From: Nannocystis bainbridge
GTDB taxonomy: Bacteria > Myxococcota_A > Polyangia > Nannocystales > Nannocystaceae
Direction: 5' to 3'
DNA: 64,000 bases
NCBI RefSeq assembly: GCF_028368995.1
Contig: NZ_JAQNDL010000001.1
Span: 1,184,001-1,248,000, forward strand
Under the pieces are notes generated by a model. That model had not been told where the DNA came from. It made no database searches and worked only from the letters and a program-made list of their open reading frames with translations. Position numbers and translations under genes: made by a program. The number at the start of each line of letters is the position of its first letter. Positions within the stretch are counted from its first letter, which is position 1. Positions 20,479 to 29,364 of this stretch are shown here, one piece after another.

Positions 20479-21717
20479 ATGACGGATATCTTTGAAACTG
20501 CAAGGAGCCAGTCGGCCGAGCTCAAGTGTGGGCACGTCTTTGTCGCGCCGGTGCTGGTGATCTCGGCCGCGATCGACTGCGGCGGAGACCCCTCGCCCTC
20601 GATGCAGCCGGAGCTCAGAGAGGCGGGCCCTGCGACCTGCTACACCGTCGAGCGCGTGCCCAACCCGGCGGCGGAACACGCGCCAGTGCAGCAGTTCGTC
20701 GACCTCGACGAGCACGGTCGGGTGCTGTTCAACACGATGACGGCGGACTTCGAAACGGATCGGGCCTACTTGTGGTCAGGCGGCGAGCCGCAGCCGATCG
20801 ACGTCGGCTCGTCGAGCACCAGCGCTCTCGCCATGAACAATCGCGGTGCGGTCCTGGGAATCGCCTGGAGGGAGGATCTCGAGCAACACCAGGCCTTCGT
20901 CTGGAAGGACGGCGAGGTGCAGGCGTGGATCGCCCTTCCTCCGGAGAACAACTGGGCCGACCAGGGGTGGATCGACGATCGCGGGCGGGCAGTGTTGCGA
21001 CTCCTGGTCGGGGATGCTCCGTTTCGCGCGCAGACTCTCCTGTGGGATGGTGCCGAGGTTCACGATCTCGGTTTGTGGAGCGTCGACGCAGTCAACGAGA
21101 CGGGCGAACTGGCGGGATTCGACGCCGAGCGCGGCGAGTTGGTGAAGTGGCGATGGGAACAAAAGATCGCCACCAAGAAAGTGTGCCGCTCCGGCGAAGT
21201 GTGGGAAGCCGGGATGCGGATAAACCGCCACGGCCAGGTGGCCGCCTCGCTCCTGTGCGACGGCAAGGAGGAGGAGTTTTTCAAGCGCGACGTCCTGTGG
21301 AGCGGCGACGAGGTGAGCGACTTGCCGGACCTACGCGGCAGTCACACACGGTTCATGGATCTCAACGACCGCGGCGAAGTCCTCGGCGTCGTCGACGAAG
21401 ATGGGGGTCCGGTGTTGTGGCGCGACGACGAGCTCATCGAGCTCTCTCTCCCGCCGGGCATCCAGAGCGTGGTCGCCACGGACGTCAACAATCACGGCGT
21501 GATCACCGGCTTCAGCTACGCCCACGCGCTGCTGGTCGGCGACGCCGACGGGCTCTTCGAGCTCCCGCGGCCAAAACTGCCGTTCGAGGGTTACGAGGTG
21601 CCCGGTGCGATCAACGATCACGGCGTCATCGTCCACGCGTTCGCCGACGACATCTTCGCCACCCAGGACATGCGGGTGTTTCAGTGGCGACCGGGGTGCG
21701 ACCCGGATGACGCGTGA
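20479..21717 (+). CDS. HAF-like repeat protein 3
   Basis: GGAGG upstream; AMNNRGAV, VNETGELAG, INRHGQV, DLNDRGEVLG, DVNNHGVITG, INDHGVIV. Confidence 0.8.
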   Translation: MTDIFETARSQSAELKCGHVFVAPVLVISAAIDCGGDPSPSMQPELREAGPATCYTVERVPNPAAEHAPVQQFVDLDEHGRVLFNTMTADFETDRAYLWSGGEPQPIDVGSSSTSALAMNNRGAVLGIAWREDLEQHQAFVWKDGEVQAWIALPPENNWADQGWIDDRGRAVLRLLVGDAPFRAQTLLWDGAEVHDLGLWSVDAVNETGELAGFDAERGELVKWRWEQKIATKKVCRSGEVWEAGMRINRHGQVAASLLCDGKEEEFFKRDVLWSGDEVSDLPDLRGSHTRFMDLNDRGEVLGVVDEDGGPVLWRDDELIELSLPPGIQSVVATDVNNHGVITGFSYAHALLVGDADGLFELPRPKLPFEGYEVPGAINDHGVIVHAFADDIFATQDMRVFQWRPGCDPDDA

Positions 21718-21940
21718 AGCTCGGTAGCCCACCGCGGGCAGCCGGCAGCTCACCAAGTCGCCGAGATTGAAACGGAAGCGCCTGCGTGGCCTGACCTTCC
21801 CCGGTCAGCGGGCTGGCCACCCGGCCCGTGCGCTGGACGGCCCTGCGACCCGCATGGACGTGTCCCCGCCCATCCGCCCAGTGTGACGACGGCAGGGGAT
21901 CGCCAGCCGGGACGATTACCCGCGGACGTCCGGTTTTTGG

Positions 21941-21986
21941 GGCAGATTTGTGGCAACCAGAGGCACCCAGAGGCAACCCGGGGCAA
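21941..21986. repeat. Five GGCA-cored direct repeats at 10-11 bp spacing (possible integrase arm-type sites)
   Basis: GGCA at 21941, 21952, 21962, 21972, 21982. Confidence 0.5.
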
Positions 21987-21991
21987 GTCGT

Positions 21992-22063
21992 CCATCTCGC
22001 CAAAGCCCCTCCGCGTGGAGATCCGCGGCGTTTTGGCAGCGGAGGGGCTTTTGGCGAGGATGG
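21992..22063. terminator. Long hairpin beside the att candidate
   Basis: CCATCTCGCCAAAGCCCCTCCGC ... GCGGAGGGGCTTTTGGCGAGGATGG. Confidence 0.55.
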
Positions 22064-22097
22064 GTCAGAACTTGTTCCACAAGTACTGCGCCGTCTG

Positions 22098-22127
22098 TCA
22101 CAGTTGATTCATTCTAATCACCTGTGA
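22098..22127. promoter_or_regulatory. Candidate tyrosine-recombinase core (att) site
   Basis: TCACAGTTGATT-CATTCT-AATCACCTGTGA: 12-bp arms (11/12 complementary), 6-bp spacer, AT-rich, overlapping the integrase stop. Confidence 0.65.
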
Positions 22128-23380
22128 TCCCTTCGCTTTTTGGGCTTTCCCTTGCCTGCGTGAGGGCGCGTCCGAGGAGCCCGTGACGGATCCGTGACAA
22201 CTGGCTGCGCCGATGCCCGCGCGTTCTCGAGGGCCGTCACCGCGCGCCCCTGTGCGTCGCCGGTGTCGTGGAGGTAGGCGGCGACCGTGGTAGCGAGGTG
22301 CTGATGGCCGAGCAGCTTCTGGACCGATACGAGGTCGGCTCCGCCAGCCAACGCTGAGGTCGCCGCCGAGTGGCGCAGCACATGAGCGCCCTTGGTCTCG
22401 AGCCCGACCGTGCCCTGCACATGCCCGAGCCAACGACGGATCGTGGACCGACTGAGCCGGCCTCCGTCGCGCCCCTCGAACAGCGGTGCCACCTTCCCCC
22501 TCCCTGCGACCAACGACGCAAGGGCAGCGGCGAGTCGCTCGGTCATGGACAACGTGCGCGGCTCGCCGCTCTTCGGGGGCGTGACCTCGCCGGTCGGACT
22601 GACCGATCGCTCGACCCGGACGGTGCGGTGCTCGAGATCCACATCGCGGACCTCGAGCCCGATGATCTCCCCGACCCGCAGGGCCGTCTCGCCGCCCACG
22701 AGGAATAACGCGAGATGTTCCGGCCCCTCTTCCGCAGCCGCCGCGACGAGCGCCTCGAACGTCGCGTCGTCGTACGCCTTCGGGATCGATCCCTGGCGCT
22801 CCCTGAGCTTCTCCAGCTCCTCTGGCGGCGTAGTCCGGAGACGCAGCACGTGGCAGCGCTTCAGCATCATGGCGAAGACATTCATCGTCTGATTGATGGT
22901 CGTGGCCGCATACCCCTGCTTCCGCATGGCAGCGCGAACCCGGCTCGCCTCGGCCTCCCCCGACTCGACCACGGGCTCATCGCCGACGACGGCGATAACG
23001 TGATCGAGCTTGAGCTTCTTCGCCTCGATCGTCGACGCCGCGTTGCCACGGCCGGCGCAATCCGCGAGGTAGATCTCCACGGCCTCACGGATGTTCTTGG
23101 CCCGCTTTTCCTCCTGCTGCGGCTGCTGAGCCGCCGCGTCGGGCTCGCCCGTCTCCTGAGCGGCCTTCGCCTTGCTGTCCTTGCTCTGCGGGGGCAGCCT
23201 TCCGGCTTCGATCTCCCGGCGGACCTGCTCGCCCCATCGGAGGGCCGCCGACTTGCTTGTGATCGAGCGCGGCGCCGAATAGCGGTACCGCTTGGCCTTG
23301 ATCGCCCCCAGCGGCATGGCCTTGATGTCGACCTGCCAGGCGGGCTCCTTGGTGTCTGTTCGCTGTCGCACCTTGATCAT
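22118..23380 (-). CDS. Tyrosine recombinase / phage integrase
   Basis: TALRVGEIIGL (R), PPKSG (K), HVLRHS (HxxR), LLGHQHLATTVAAYLH (H, Y). Confidence 0.95.
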   Translation of the reverse strand: MIKVRQRTDTKEPAWQVDIKAMPLGAIKAKRYRYSAPRSITSKSAALRWGEQVRREIEAGRLPPQSKDSKAKAAQETGEPDAAAQQPQQEEKRAKNIREAVEIYLADCAGRGNAASTIEAKKLKLDHVIAVVGDEPVVESGEAEASRVRAAMRKQGYAATTINQTMNVFAMMLKRCHVLRLRTTPPEELEKLRERQGSIPKAYDDATFEALVAAAAEEGPEHLALFLVGGETALRVGEIIGLEVRDVDLEHRTVRVERSVSPTGEVTPPKSGEPRTLSMTERLAAALASLVAGRGKVAPLFEGRDGGRLSRSTIRRWLGHVQGTVGLETKGAHVLRHSAATSALAGGADLVSVQKLLGHQHLATTVAAYLHDTGDAQGRAVTALENARASAQPVVTDPSRAPRTRPHAGKGKPKKRRDHR

Positions 23381-23519
23381 CTGCGCGTCACTTTCCGCGC
23401 AGCCCTGCGTCCGAGTTACCTCGACCGAGGGCCGCGATCAAGCATGGAGTCGAGAAATTTCCAGGATCGATAGACCGGAGGTTCGGCGCCAGTTGCTACA
23501 CTGCCCTCAGGCCGTGGAC

Positions 23520-23783
23520 CTAATAGCGTGGCTCTCCGAGTAGGGCGAGCCATTTCTCCAGGTCGCTTCGAAGCCACCGTACACCCAGTCCAGGCACCTT
23601 GATGGGAGGGGGAAGCTGGGCCCGAGCCCGCATGTTCCTCACCTGTGCCTCGGTCGAGCCGATGAACTCGGCGACTTCGGCTGCCCTCAGCAAGGCAGAG
23701 GAGGGCTTGATTGACTGTGGGGCCTTGTCGACGTTCAACGGAGCCGAGAGGCCCATCGCAGGATTTTGTCCCGTCTTCACCAC
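23520..23783 (-). CDS. AlpA/excisionase-like HTH protein
   Basis: LLRAAEVAEFIG...QLPPPIKV...VRWLRSDLEKWL, directly upstream of the integrase. Confidence 0.8.
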   Translation of the reverse strand: MVKTGQNPAMGLSAPLNVDKAPQSIKPSSALLRAAEVAEFIGSTEAQVRNMRARAQLPPPIKVPGLGVRWLRSDLEKWLALLGEPRY

Positions 23784-23826
23784 GTTCCACCTCCCCTTCG
23801 CCTACATCCCGTTGCTCGCTCCGGAT

Positions 23827-24519
23827 TCAGCGCGCTCGCCACCCGCCGCGGCGCGCATCGACGTATTCCGACCAGCGCCCTTCGGCGGCGCGGACCGGCA
23901 GACCGAGGTCGATCAGCTCGGGCGCGTAGATAGGCCACTCGTGCGGGGCGTTGTGGCCCATGAACACGGCCATCGCCTTCTCGACGCCCGCGGCGCCCTG
24001 GGTGGCCTGAAGCCGCGCCCGCAAGGTGCTCTGAAGATGCCGGCGCATGGCGTCCTCGTACTCGCGGGCGGTCGCGTGGAGGCCGTCCTCGTCGCCGGCC
24101 TCGATGTGCTTCGCGCGCCGCCCGAACAACACCGGGTCGACTGCCGAGAGCGCCGCGCTCCGACCGATGGCGATCTCGCGGGCGCCGAGGGCGATCAGGG
24201 TGCCGCCTGAAAGCGCCATGTACGGGACCACGGCGGTCGAGCGCGGGAAGCGTCCGATCGCGTTGGCGATCATCACACAAGAGGTAGCGCAGCCGCCGGG
24301 TGTGTGGAGCACCACCGTAACCTCGTCGCCGTGGATCCGCGCGAGACGCGCGAGGACGTAGTCCACGACGCGCAGGTCGATCATGGGCGTGATGATCGGA
24401 ATAATCGATGGGTCCTCTCCGAGCGCGTTCGGGCCCCGGCCCGCGACGTAGTATGCGACGCCCGCGAGCGCCGTCGTGGCCGCGAGCGCGGCGAGGATGA
24501 TCGGTCCCTTGTTCTCCAT
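23827..24519 (-). CDS. SDH-family (ClpP-like) serine protease with N-terminal membrane anchor
   Basis: LHTPGG, VPYMALSGGTLIALGAREI, VDP, HEWPI...LGLPV. Confidence 0.85.
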   Translation of the reverse strand: MENKGPIILAALAATTALAGVAYYVAGRGPNALGEDPSIIPIITPMIDLRVVDYVLARLARIHGDEVTVVLHTPGGCATSCVMIANAIGRFPRSTAVVPYMALSGGTLIALGAREIAIGRSAALSAVDPVLFGRRAKHIEAGDEDGLHATAREYEDAMRRHLQSTLRARLQATQGAAGVEKAMAVFMGHNAPHEWPIYAPELIDLGLPVRAAEGRWSEYVDARRGGWRAR

Positions 24520-24530
24520 GATCGAGTTCC

Positions 24531-24740
24531 TCACTTCGTCTTGCGGGCCATTCGCCAGCCCATCGTCAACCCGACGAGCATGCCGAGCGCGCTGGCGATC
24601 GAGCCTGCGATCAGCGTTCGGTTCATGCCCTGCGCGCCGAGCCGATGGAGATCGGCACGAGCTAGCCGCAGCTGCTCCGCGAGCGCGGCGCACTCGATCT
24701 TCGCCGCCTGCAGCGCCTGATCGAGCTCTTGGGCGGGCAT
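24531..24740 (-). CDS. Small coiled-coil protein with C-terminal TM
   Basis: MPAQELDQAL...LIAGSIASALGMLVGLTMGWRMARKTK. Confidence 0.65.
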   Translation of the reverse strand: MPAQELDQALQAAKIECAALAEQLRLARADLHRLGAQGMNRTLIAGSIASALGMLVGLTMGWRMARKTK

Positions 24741-24745
24741 CGCTC

Positions 24746-25333
24746 TCACTTCCCCTTTGGCCAGAACGCGGTGGCCGCGAGCACGCCGAGGCCGAGGGTG
24801 GTCGCCAGCTTCTCCTCGAGGGTGACCGGTGTCATACGCACGGTGTGCCCGCCCTTGGCTTCGCTGGCGTCCCCCCTCCAGTGCGCGCCGGGGTACAGGC
24901 GGGCAGTGAGGGTCCAGGGCTGCACGGTGACGATAAAGACATTCTCGGGCTTGCCGGCAATCCGGGCGATCTCGGCGAGCGCCGCCTGGAGATCGGTGAC
25001 GTACTCGAGGACGCACGAGACGAACACGACCCCCGAGTCATCGGCGACGCCCGGGAGCGGGCCCTTGGTGATGTCGGCGACGATCGTGACGGGGCACTTG
25101 GGGCAGCCGTTCATGTCCACACACACGTCGCCGCACCCGTAGGCCCGCATCAGGCGCGTGTGCATGCCGCCGTCCGGATCGCCGATGACGACGAGCGGGC
25201 GGCCGAGAGCGCCGGCCCTGTCGACCGCGAGGCGGAACGCCGAGGAGCGCTCGCGGAAGCGGACCAGGGTGGCCATGCTCTCGACGGCAGCGACGTAGCC
25301 AAGGGCGACACGGGCGAGGGTGCGAATGGACAT
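24746..25333 (-). CDS. Methyltransferase-fold-like protein with C-terminal TM
   Basis: LVVIGDP, YGCGDVCVD, ADITKGPLP, SCVLEYV...ALAEIARI; tail LGLGVLAATAFWPKGK. Confidence 0.65.
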   Translation of the reverse strand: MSIRTLARVALGYVAAVESMATLVRFRERSSAFRLAVDRAGALGRPLVVIGDPDGGMHTRLMRAYGCGDVCVDMNGCPKCPVTIVADITKGPLPGVADDSGVVFVSCVLEYVTDLQAALAEIARIAGKPENVFIVTVQPWTLTARLYPGAHWRGDASEAKGGHTVRMTPVTLEEKLATTLGLGVLAATAFWPKGK

Positions 25334-25364
25334 GGACGGCTCCTTCGTGTGATTGTCGGGCGGC

Positions 25365-26987
25365 CTACGCCTCGCTTGGGCAGGTGTTCCCGACCACCGC
25401 GGCGGTCGGGCTGGTTTTGTCCGTCTCGAGCTTTTGGAACAGCTCACCGACTCTTTGGACTACGTCGCCCTTGAGTTCCGCGACGACGTGAAGGCCGGCC
25501 TCGATTCGAGCCTCCGCCGCCGCGATCCGTTCGTCGAGCGATCGCGGGCCTGCCGCAGCGAGCGGCACCAGCGAAGTTCCGCGTGAACCGACGACGTCGA
25601 CCGAGACCTCGTGCTGCATCGCGTCTGCGGACTGGAACTCGACCGGCTTGCTCTCTCTCGGCCCGGCCTCGTTGACCTGGGGCTCGTTCGCGCGGATCGG
25701 GTCGTGATCGCTCGTGTCGGAGGCATGACTCTCCTCGGTCCGGTCGGAAACCCCGGCGGAGCTGGTGGTCTCCTCGACCTGGCTCGCGTCACGTGGAGCC
25801 ACCTCCACAACCTCGGGCACGTCGATCGCGCGGGCATCCCTCTTGGCGCCCTCGATCGGGTCCTCGCTGTGCAGCTTCGTCCCCGCCGCCTCGGTTTCGC
25901 CGGTCTCTCGTGCCCTGTCCTGCACGGGCTCGGCTTGCGCCGCCAGGTCGCCCGACGTAGCGATGAAGACGGACAGGGTCTCCGCCGGTGACGAGTCGGG
26001 GCGCGTCAGTTTGAGTAGTTCGAACTCGACTCGCCGAAGTTGCGCGCGCAGCTCGTCGAGCTCGGCTTGCATGCGGGCCTGCCGGGCGCTCTGCGCCTCG
26101 ATGCGGCGCGCGAGTTCCTGGAACTGCGCGTTCATCCAATCCTTGAGCTCCAGCAGCTCCCGCGCGATGCGGGTCTCGAATGCATCGACACGACGTTCGA
26201 GCGCGGCGATCGGCGCCCCATCTTCGGAACGGAGCAGCTCCGGGATCGGATCGTTGCAGCCCGCGGTCCTGGCGTCGTCGCTCGTCCTCACTGCGCGATC
26301 CGCTGACGTGATGCGCACGGGCACGACGTCGTTCACTGCTGTGATTGCGGCAGCAGTCGGCGCGGGATTGCTCGGCATGTCGGGAGAATTCGTCTGCTCC
26401 TGGGACCGTCGTCGTGCTTCCGACGTGAACTCCGGGCGGAATCGTGGCTGTCTCGGCGCCCCGACCAGGGCCGCGGGAGAGGCTGTCGGTGGCGGCGCCG
26501 CGGCAGGCGGCGGCGTGCGCCGGGCGGCCGAGGTGAACTCCGGCCGAAAATGCGGCAGCTTCCCCGCAGTCGCGGTCCACGACGTTCCTGGCGGCGCTGC
26601 GGCGGGCGCCGCGCCCGAGGCCGGCGGCACAGGCGGATCGCCCGTCGGCGCGCAGCACCTGGCAAGGTGCTGCACGAAGGCCCCGAGGTCGTGCGGGTTT
26701 GCGGCGGCGTCCGCGGCCACGGTGATCAGGTCCTTGATCGCCTCCGCGGTTTTCCCCTCCTGCATCAGCCCCTTGATGAGCTTGTCGAGGTGCGGCACAT
26801 CGATGCCGTGTTCCTTGAGGTACACGTGCATGGCGTCGGCGCCGGTGAGAGGCGGCTTGATTCCCGCGAGGCGCTCGCGGCGCGAGCGATCGGCGTGGGC
26901 GAGCCCCTGCATGGCCCACGTCAGCAGGGTCAGGGTGTTGCGCATCGCCGGGTGCATGGGTTGTGTCTGTGGAAACGCTCCGTCCAT
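25365..26987 (-). CDS. Hypothetical Pro-rich / coiled-coil protein
   Basis: 540-aa ORF; duplicated PxFRPEFTSxARR motif; central coiled coil. Confidence 0.7.
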   Translation of the reverse strand: MDGAFPQTQPMHPAMRNTLTLLTWAMQGLAHADRSRRERLAGIKPPLTGADAMHVYLKEHGIDVPHLDKLIKGLMQEGKTAEAIKDLITVAADAAANPHDLGAFVQHLARCCAPTGDPPVPPASGAAPAAAPPGTSWTATAGKLPHFRPEFTSAARRTPPPAAAPPPTASPAALVGAPRQPRFRPEFTSEARRRSQEQTNSPDMPSNPAPTAAAITAVNDVVPVRITSADRAVRTSDDARTAGCNDPIPELLRSEDGAPIAALERRVDAFETRIARELLELKDWMNAQFQELARRIEAQSARQARMQAELDELRAQLRRVEFELLKLTRPDSSPAETLSVFIATSGDLAAQAEPVQDRARETGETEAAGTKLHSEDPIEGAKRDARAIDVPEVVEVAPRDASQVEETTSSAGVSDRTEESHASDTSDHDPIRANEPQVNEAGPRESKPVEFQSADAMQHEVSVDVVGSRGTSLVPLAAAGPRSLDERIAAAEARIEAGLHVVAELKGDVVQRVGELFQKLETDKTSPTAAVVGNTCPSEA

Positions 26988-27069
26988 CTCTCTGCCCTTT
27001 CTCGCCGATGCTCCGCGCGACGGTGGCCGCAGTCCTCCGCGCGATTCCGGCTGTGTGGTTTATCCGAGG

Positions 27070-27723
27070 TCACTTGCGCGCCGCCACGGCGATGACCGTG
27101 GCGACGCCGAGAACGGTCCCGCCCGCGAGGATGTAGGGGGCCCATTCGAGGAGTTTGCCGAGCCCAGCCCCGAATCCGCCGAGCGCCTTGCCGGCGCCGC
27201 CGATGGCCTCGCCAGCCCCCTGGATGGCGGTCCTGGCCGCCGCGCCGAATTCGTCGCCCCAATTCGTCACCCACGCCGACCATGAGGTTGCGTCGGCGGC
27301 GAGCTGCTTGCTCAGGGCGTCCATCTTCTTCGCCCAGGTCCGGTGTGGATAGGCCGAAGTGATGAGGTCGACGAGGGCGGCGTTCTGCGTCGTGTCGGTG
27401 ATGAGCCGCTCGCTCGCGTCCGACCAGTCGGGCGCCCGCTCGAGGAAGCGCACGATCGTCTCGATCGGCGCCCGGGTCAGTAAGTCGGTGCAGAGCGCTC
27501 GGATTTCGCCGCGCACGTGGACACCCGCAGCCGCCTGGACGTCGGCCTCGGTCGGGCCGGTGGCGCCCTTTTCCTTGGCGGCGTCGACGACCTTCATGCC
27601 GTCGACGATGTAGTCTTTGTAGGCCGCGATGATGGTCTCCCACAGCATGAGCCGGTTCTTGCGGTAGTTCGCCGTCTCGGGCGAATTCTCCATCTCGAGG
27701 ACGTCGGGGGTCGTTTCATTCAT
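27070..27723 (-). CDS. Hypothetical protein with C-terminal TM
   Basis: Ends WAPYILAGGTVLGVATVIAVAARK. Confidence 0.8.
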   Translation of the reverse strand: MNETTPDVLEMENSPETANYRKNRLMLWETIIAAYKDYIVDGMKVVDAAKEKGATGPTEADVQAAAGVHVRGEIRALCTDLLTRAPIETIVRFLERAPDWSDASERLITDTTQNAALVDLITSAYPHRTWAKKMDALSKQLAADATSWSAWVTNWGDEFGAAARTAIQGAGEAIGGAGKALGGFGAGLGKLLEWAPYILAGGTVLGVATVIAVAARK

Positions 27724-28018
27724 ACGCGTTTACCTTCGCGCGCCGGAGCACGCGGATGCCGACAACGTGATCGCGGGCGGTCACGCAGTAGGTCCCCGGG
27801 GTGGTCAAAAAGACAGGTTCGTAGCGGCGGGGCGTGATGTGGAGGCCCACCGGGGTGGCGGCGCGCGGCCTCGAGATCGTAGCGATGCCCCGGACGATGA
27901 CGACGATCGCCACGTGTCCCTCGGGCAGCACTTCCATGTGATTCTCGCCGCGTAGCATCGCCAAAAGGTCGAAGTCATGCCGGAGGCCGCGGAACAGGTT
28001 GAGGAGGTCGAAGTGCAT
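27716..28018 (-). CDS. Hypothetical protein
   Basis: Exactly fills the operon gap between its neighbours. Confidence 0.6.
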   Translation of the reverse strand: MHFDLLNLFRGLRHDFDLLAMLRGENHMEVLPEGHVAIVVIVRGIATISRPRAATPVGLHITPRRYEPVFLTTPGTYCVTARDHVVGIRVLRRAKVNAYE

Positions 28019-28021
28019 CCG

Positions 28022-28921
28022 CTACCCATCCTTCCGGAGCGCGATCGCCAGGCCAGCGCCCACGCTCAACAGAGTCACGCCGCCGATCACCCACCAGCCG
28101 GTCCTGCTGATGGCTGCGAGAACATCCGCGCTCCCGGCGCTTGGTGGTGCGACCTCGGCCGCGCCACCGGACGCCGCACATTCGTCGGTCACGCACCCCT
28201 GCTTGACCGCGAGGGCCTTGTGGATCGCGTCCTCCGTCTGCGGGCCCCACTTGCCATCAGCGTCGATGCCCAGGCTCGTCTGCGCGGCGCGCAGCGCCTC
28301 GATGGACGCCGGGCCCCATTCGGCGGCCACGTCGCCCTTGTACACGCCGAGGGCGGCGAGTGCCTCGTGACGCTGCCGGGTCTGGAGCAGCGACACCTTG
28401 TCGCCGACCATGCGCTCGACGTAGTTGGTGGGATTGAGCAAACCTGACGGCGGGCCCTCGGTCTTCCACCACACCGAGTTCGCCGAGCGCGTCTCTGCCT
28501 TGTAGGTTTCGAGGTGGATCATCCCGTAGGGGCCGTGGATCCGCCCGAGCTTGTCGCCCTTGCGGACTTCCTGGCCTTGCTGGATGCCGTACTCTTTGTG
28601 AGAGCCCTGCTTGAAGCCGCCGAGCACGAGGAACAGACCCGTCTTGGTGCGCAGGAAGGCGGCCTTGGCGTTGTCGTCCCACGGGCGATCGAGACCTACC
28701 ACCAGCGCTTCCTCGGGCGCGGTGATGAGGGCGCCGTCCGGCGCGCCGGTGAGATCAATGCCGGCGTGCCAGCGCTTGCAGGTCTCAAGCGTGCAGCCGA
28801 AGGGTCGACCGCCGCCGACGCTCCAGGTCGCAAATTTCGGCGTGACGGTCGGCAATGGCCACGCGGGGCTCGCGTCGCCGACGGCCATCTCGAGCTTCTC
28901 CCATTCCGGTGTGCGTGCCAT
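28022..28921 (-). CDS. M23-family peptidase + peptidoglycan-binding domain + C-terminal TM
   Basis: WHAGIDL, GQEVRKGDKLG, MIHLET; WGPASIEALRAAQTSLGIDADGKWGPQT; tail WWVIGGVTLLSVGAGLAIALRK. Confidence 0.85.
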   Translation of the reverse strand: MARTPEWEKLEMAVGDASPAWPLPTVTPKFATWSVGGGRPFGCTLETCKRWHAGIDLTGAPDGALITAPEEALVVGLDRPWDDNAKAAFLRTKTGLFLVLGGFKQGSHKEYGIQQGQEVRKGDKLGRIHGPYGMIHLETYKAETRSANSVWWKTEGPPSGLLNPTNYVERMVGDKVSLLQTRQRHEALAALGVYKGDVAAEWGPASIEALRAAQTSLGIDADGKWGPQTEDAIHKALAVKQGCVTDECAASGGAAEVAPPSAGSADVLAAISRTGWWVIGGVTLLSVGAGLAIALRKDG

Positions 28922-28923
28922 GG

Positions 28924-29130
28924 TCAACGTCTCCGCAGGGCGATGAACCCGCCCACAACGCCACCCAGCACGAGCCCGGCGGCGGTCGTCCAGGCGACCT
29001 CGTGGACGATCTTTCGGCGCAGCTCCCAGGCTGCATTTTCGTAGTTGCTGGAGAAAGCGCGCAATTGGCCTGTGAGGCTGAATAGAGCGTTGTCGAGCTC
29101 GATTTCCTCTTTGGTCTTCACGTCTGCCAC
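28924..29130 (-). CDS. Small protein with C-terminal TM
   Basis: Ends AAGLVLGGVVGGFIALRRR; GGAGG upstream. Confidence 0.7.
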   Translation of the reverse strand: MADVKTKEEIELDNALFSLTGQLRAFSSNYENAAWELRRKIVHEVAWTTAAGLVLGGVVGGFIALRRR

Positions 29131-29133
29131 AGT

Positions 29134-29322
29134 TCACCTCCGGCCTAACTGGTAGCCGACGCTGAGACCCACGCCGAGAGCGAGTGCGCCAGACAAGGCA
29201 GCGAGGGCGTGACGGAGCTCGGACAGTCGCCGCCAGTCGTCGGCCCACTTCTTCTGAAATTGCCGCTGCTCGTCAATCAACGCTGCCAGGCGCTGCCGCA
29301 AGAGTTCATTGTTGGTGGCCAT
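29134..29322 (-). CDS. Small coiled-coil protein with C-terminal TM
   Basis: MATNNELLRQRL...ALSGALALGVGLSVGYQLGRR. Confidence 0.7.
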   Translation of the reverse strand: MATNNELLRQRLAALIDEQRQFQKKWADDWRRLSELRHALAALSGALALGVGLSVGYQLGRR

Positions 29323-29364
29323 GCTCACGGGCTCCTTCAGTCATGTGTTGGGTGGCGGCGCGCG

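Noticed and set aside
22060-22107. Plus-strand peptide MGQNLFHKYCAVCHS with a CxxCH haem motif
   Set aside because: Only 15 codons, no signal peptide, overlaps the att/hairpin region; probably chance, though it remains an alternative identity for the disrupted target gene.
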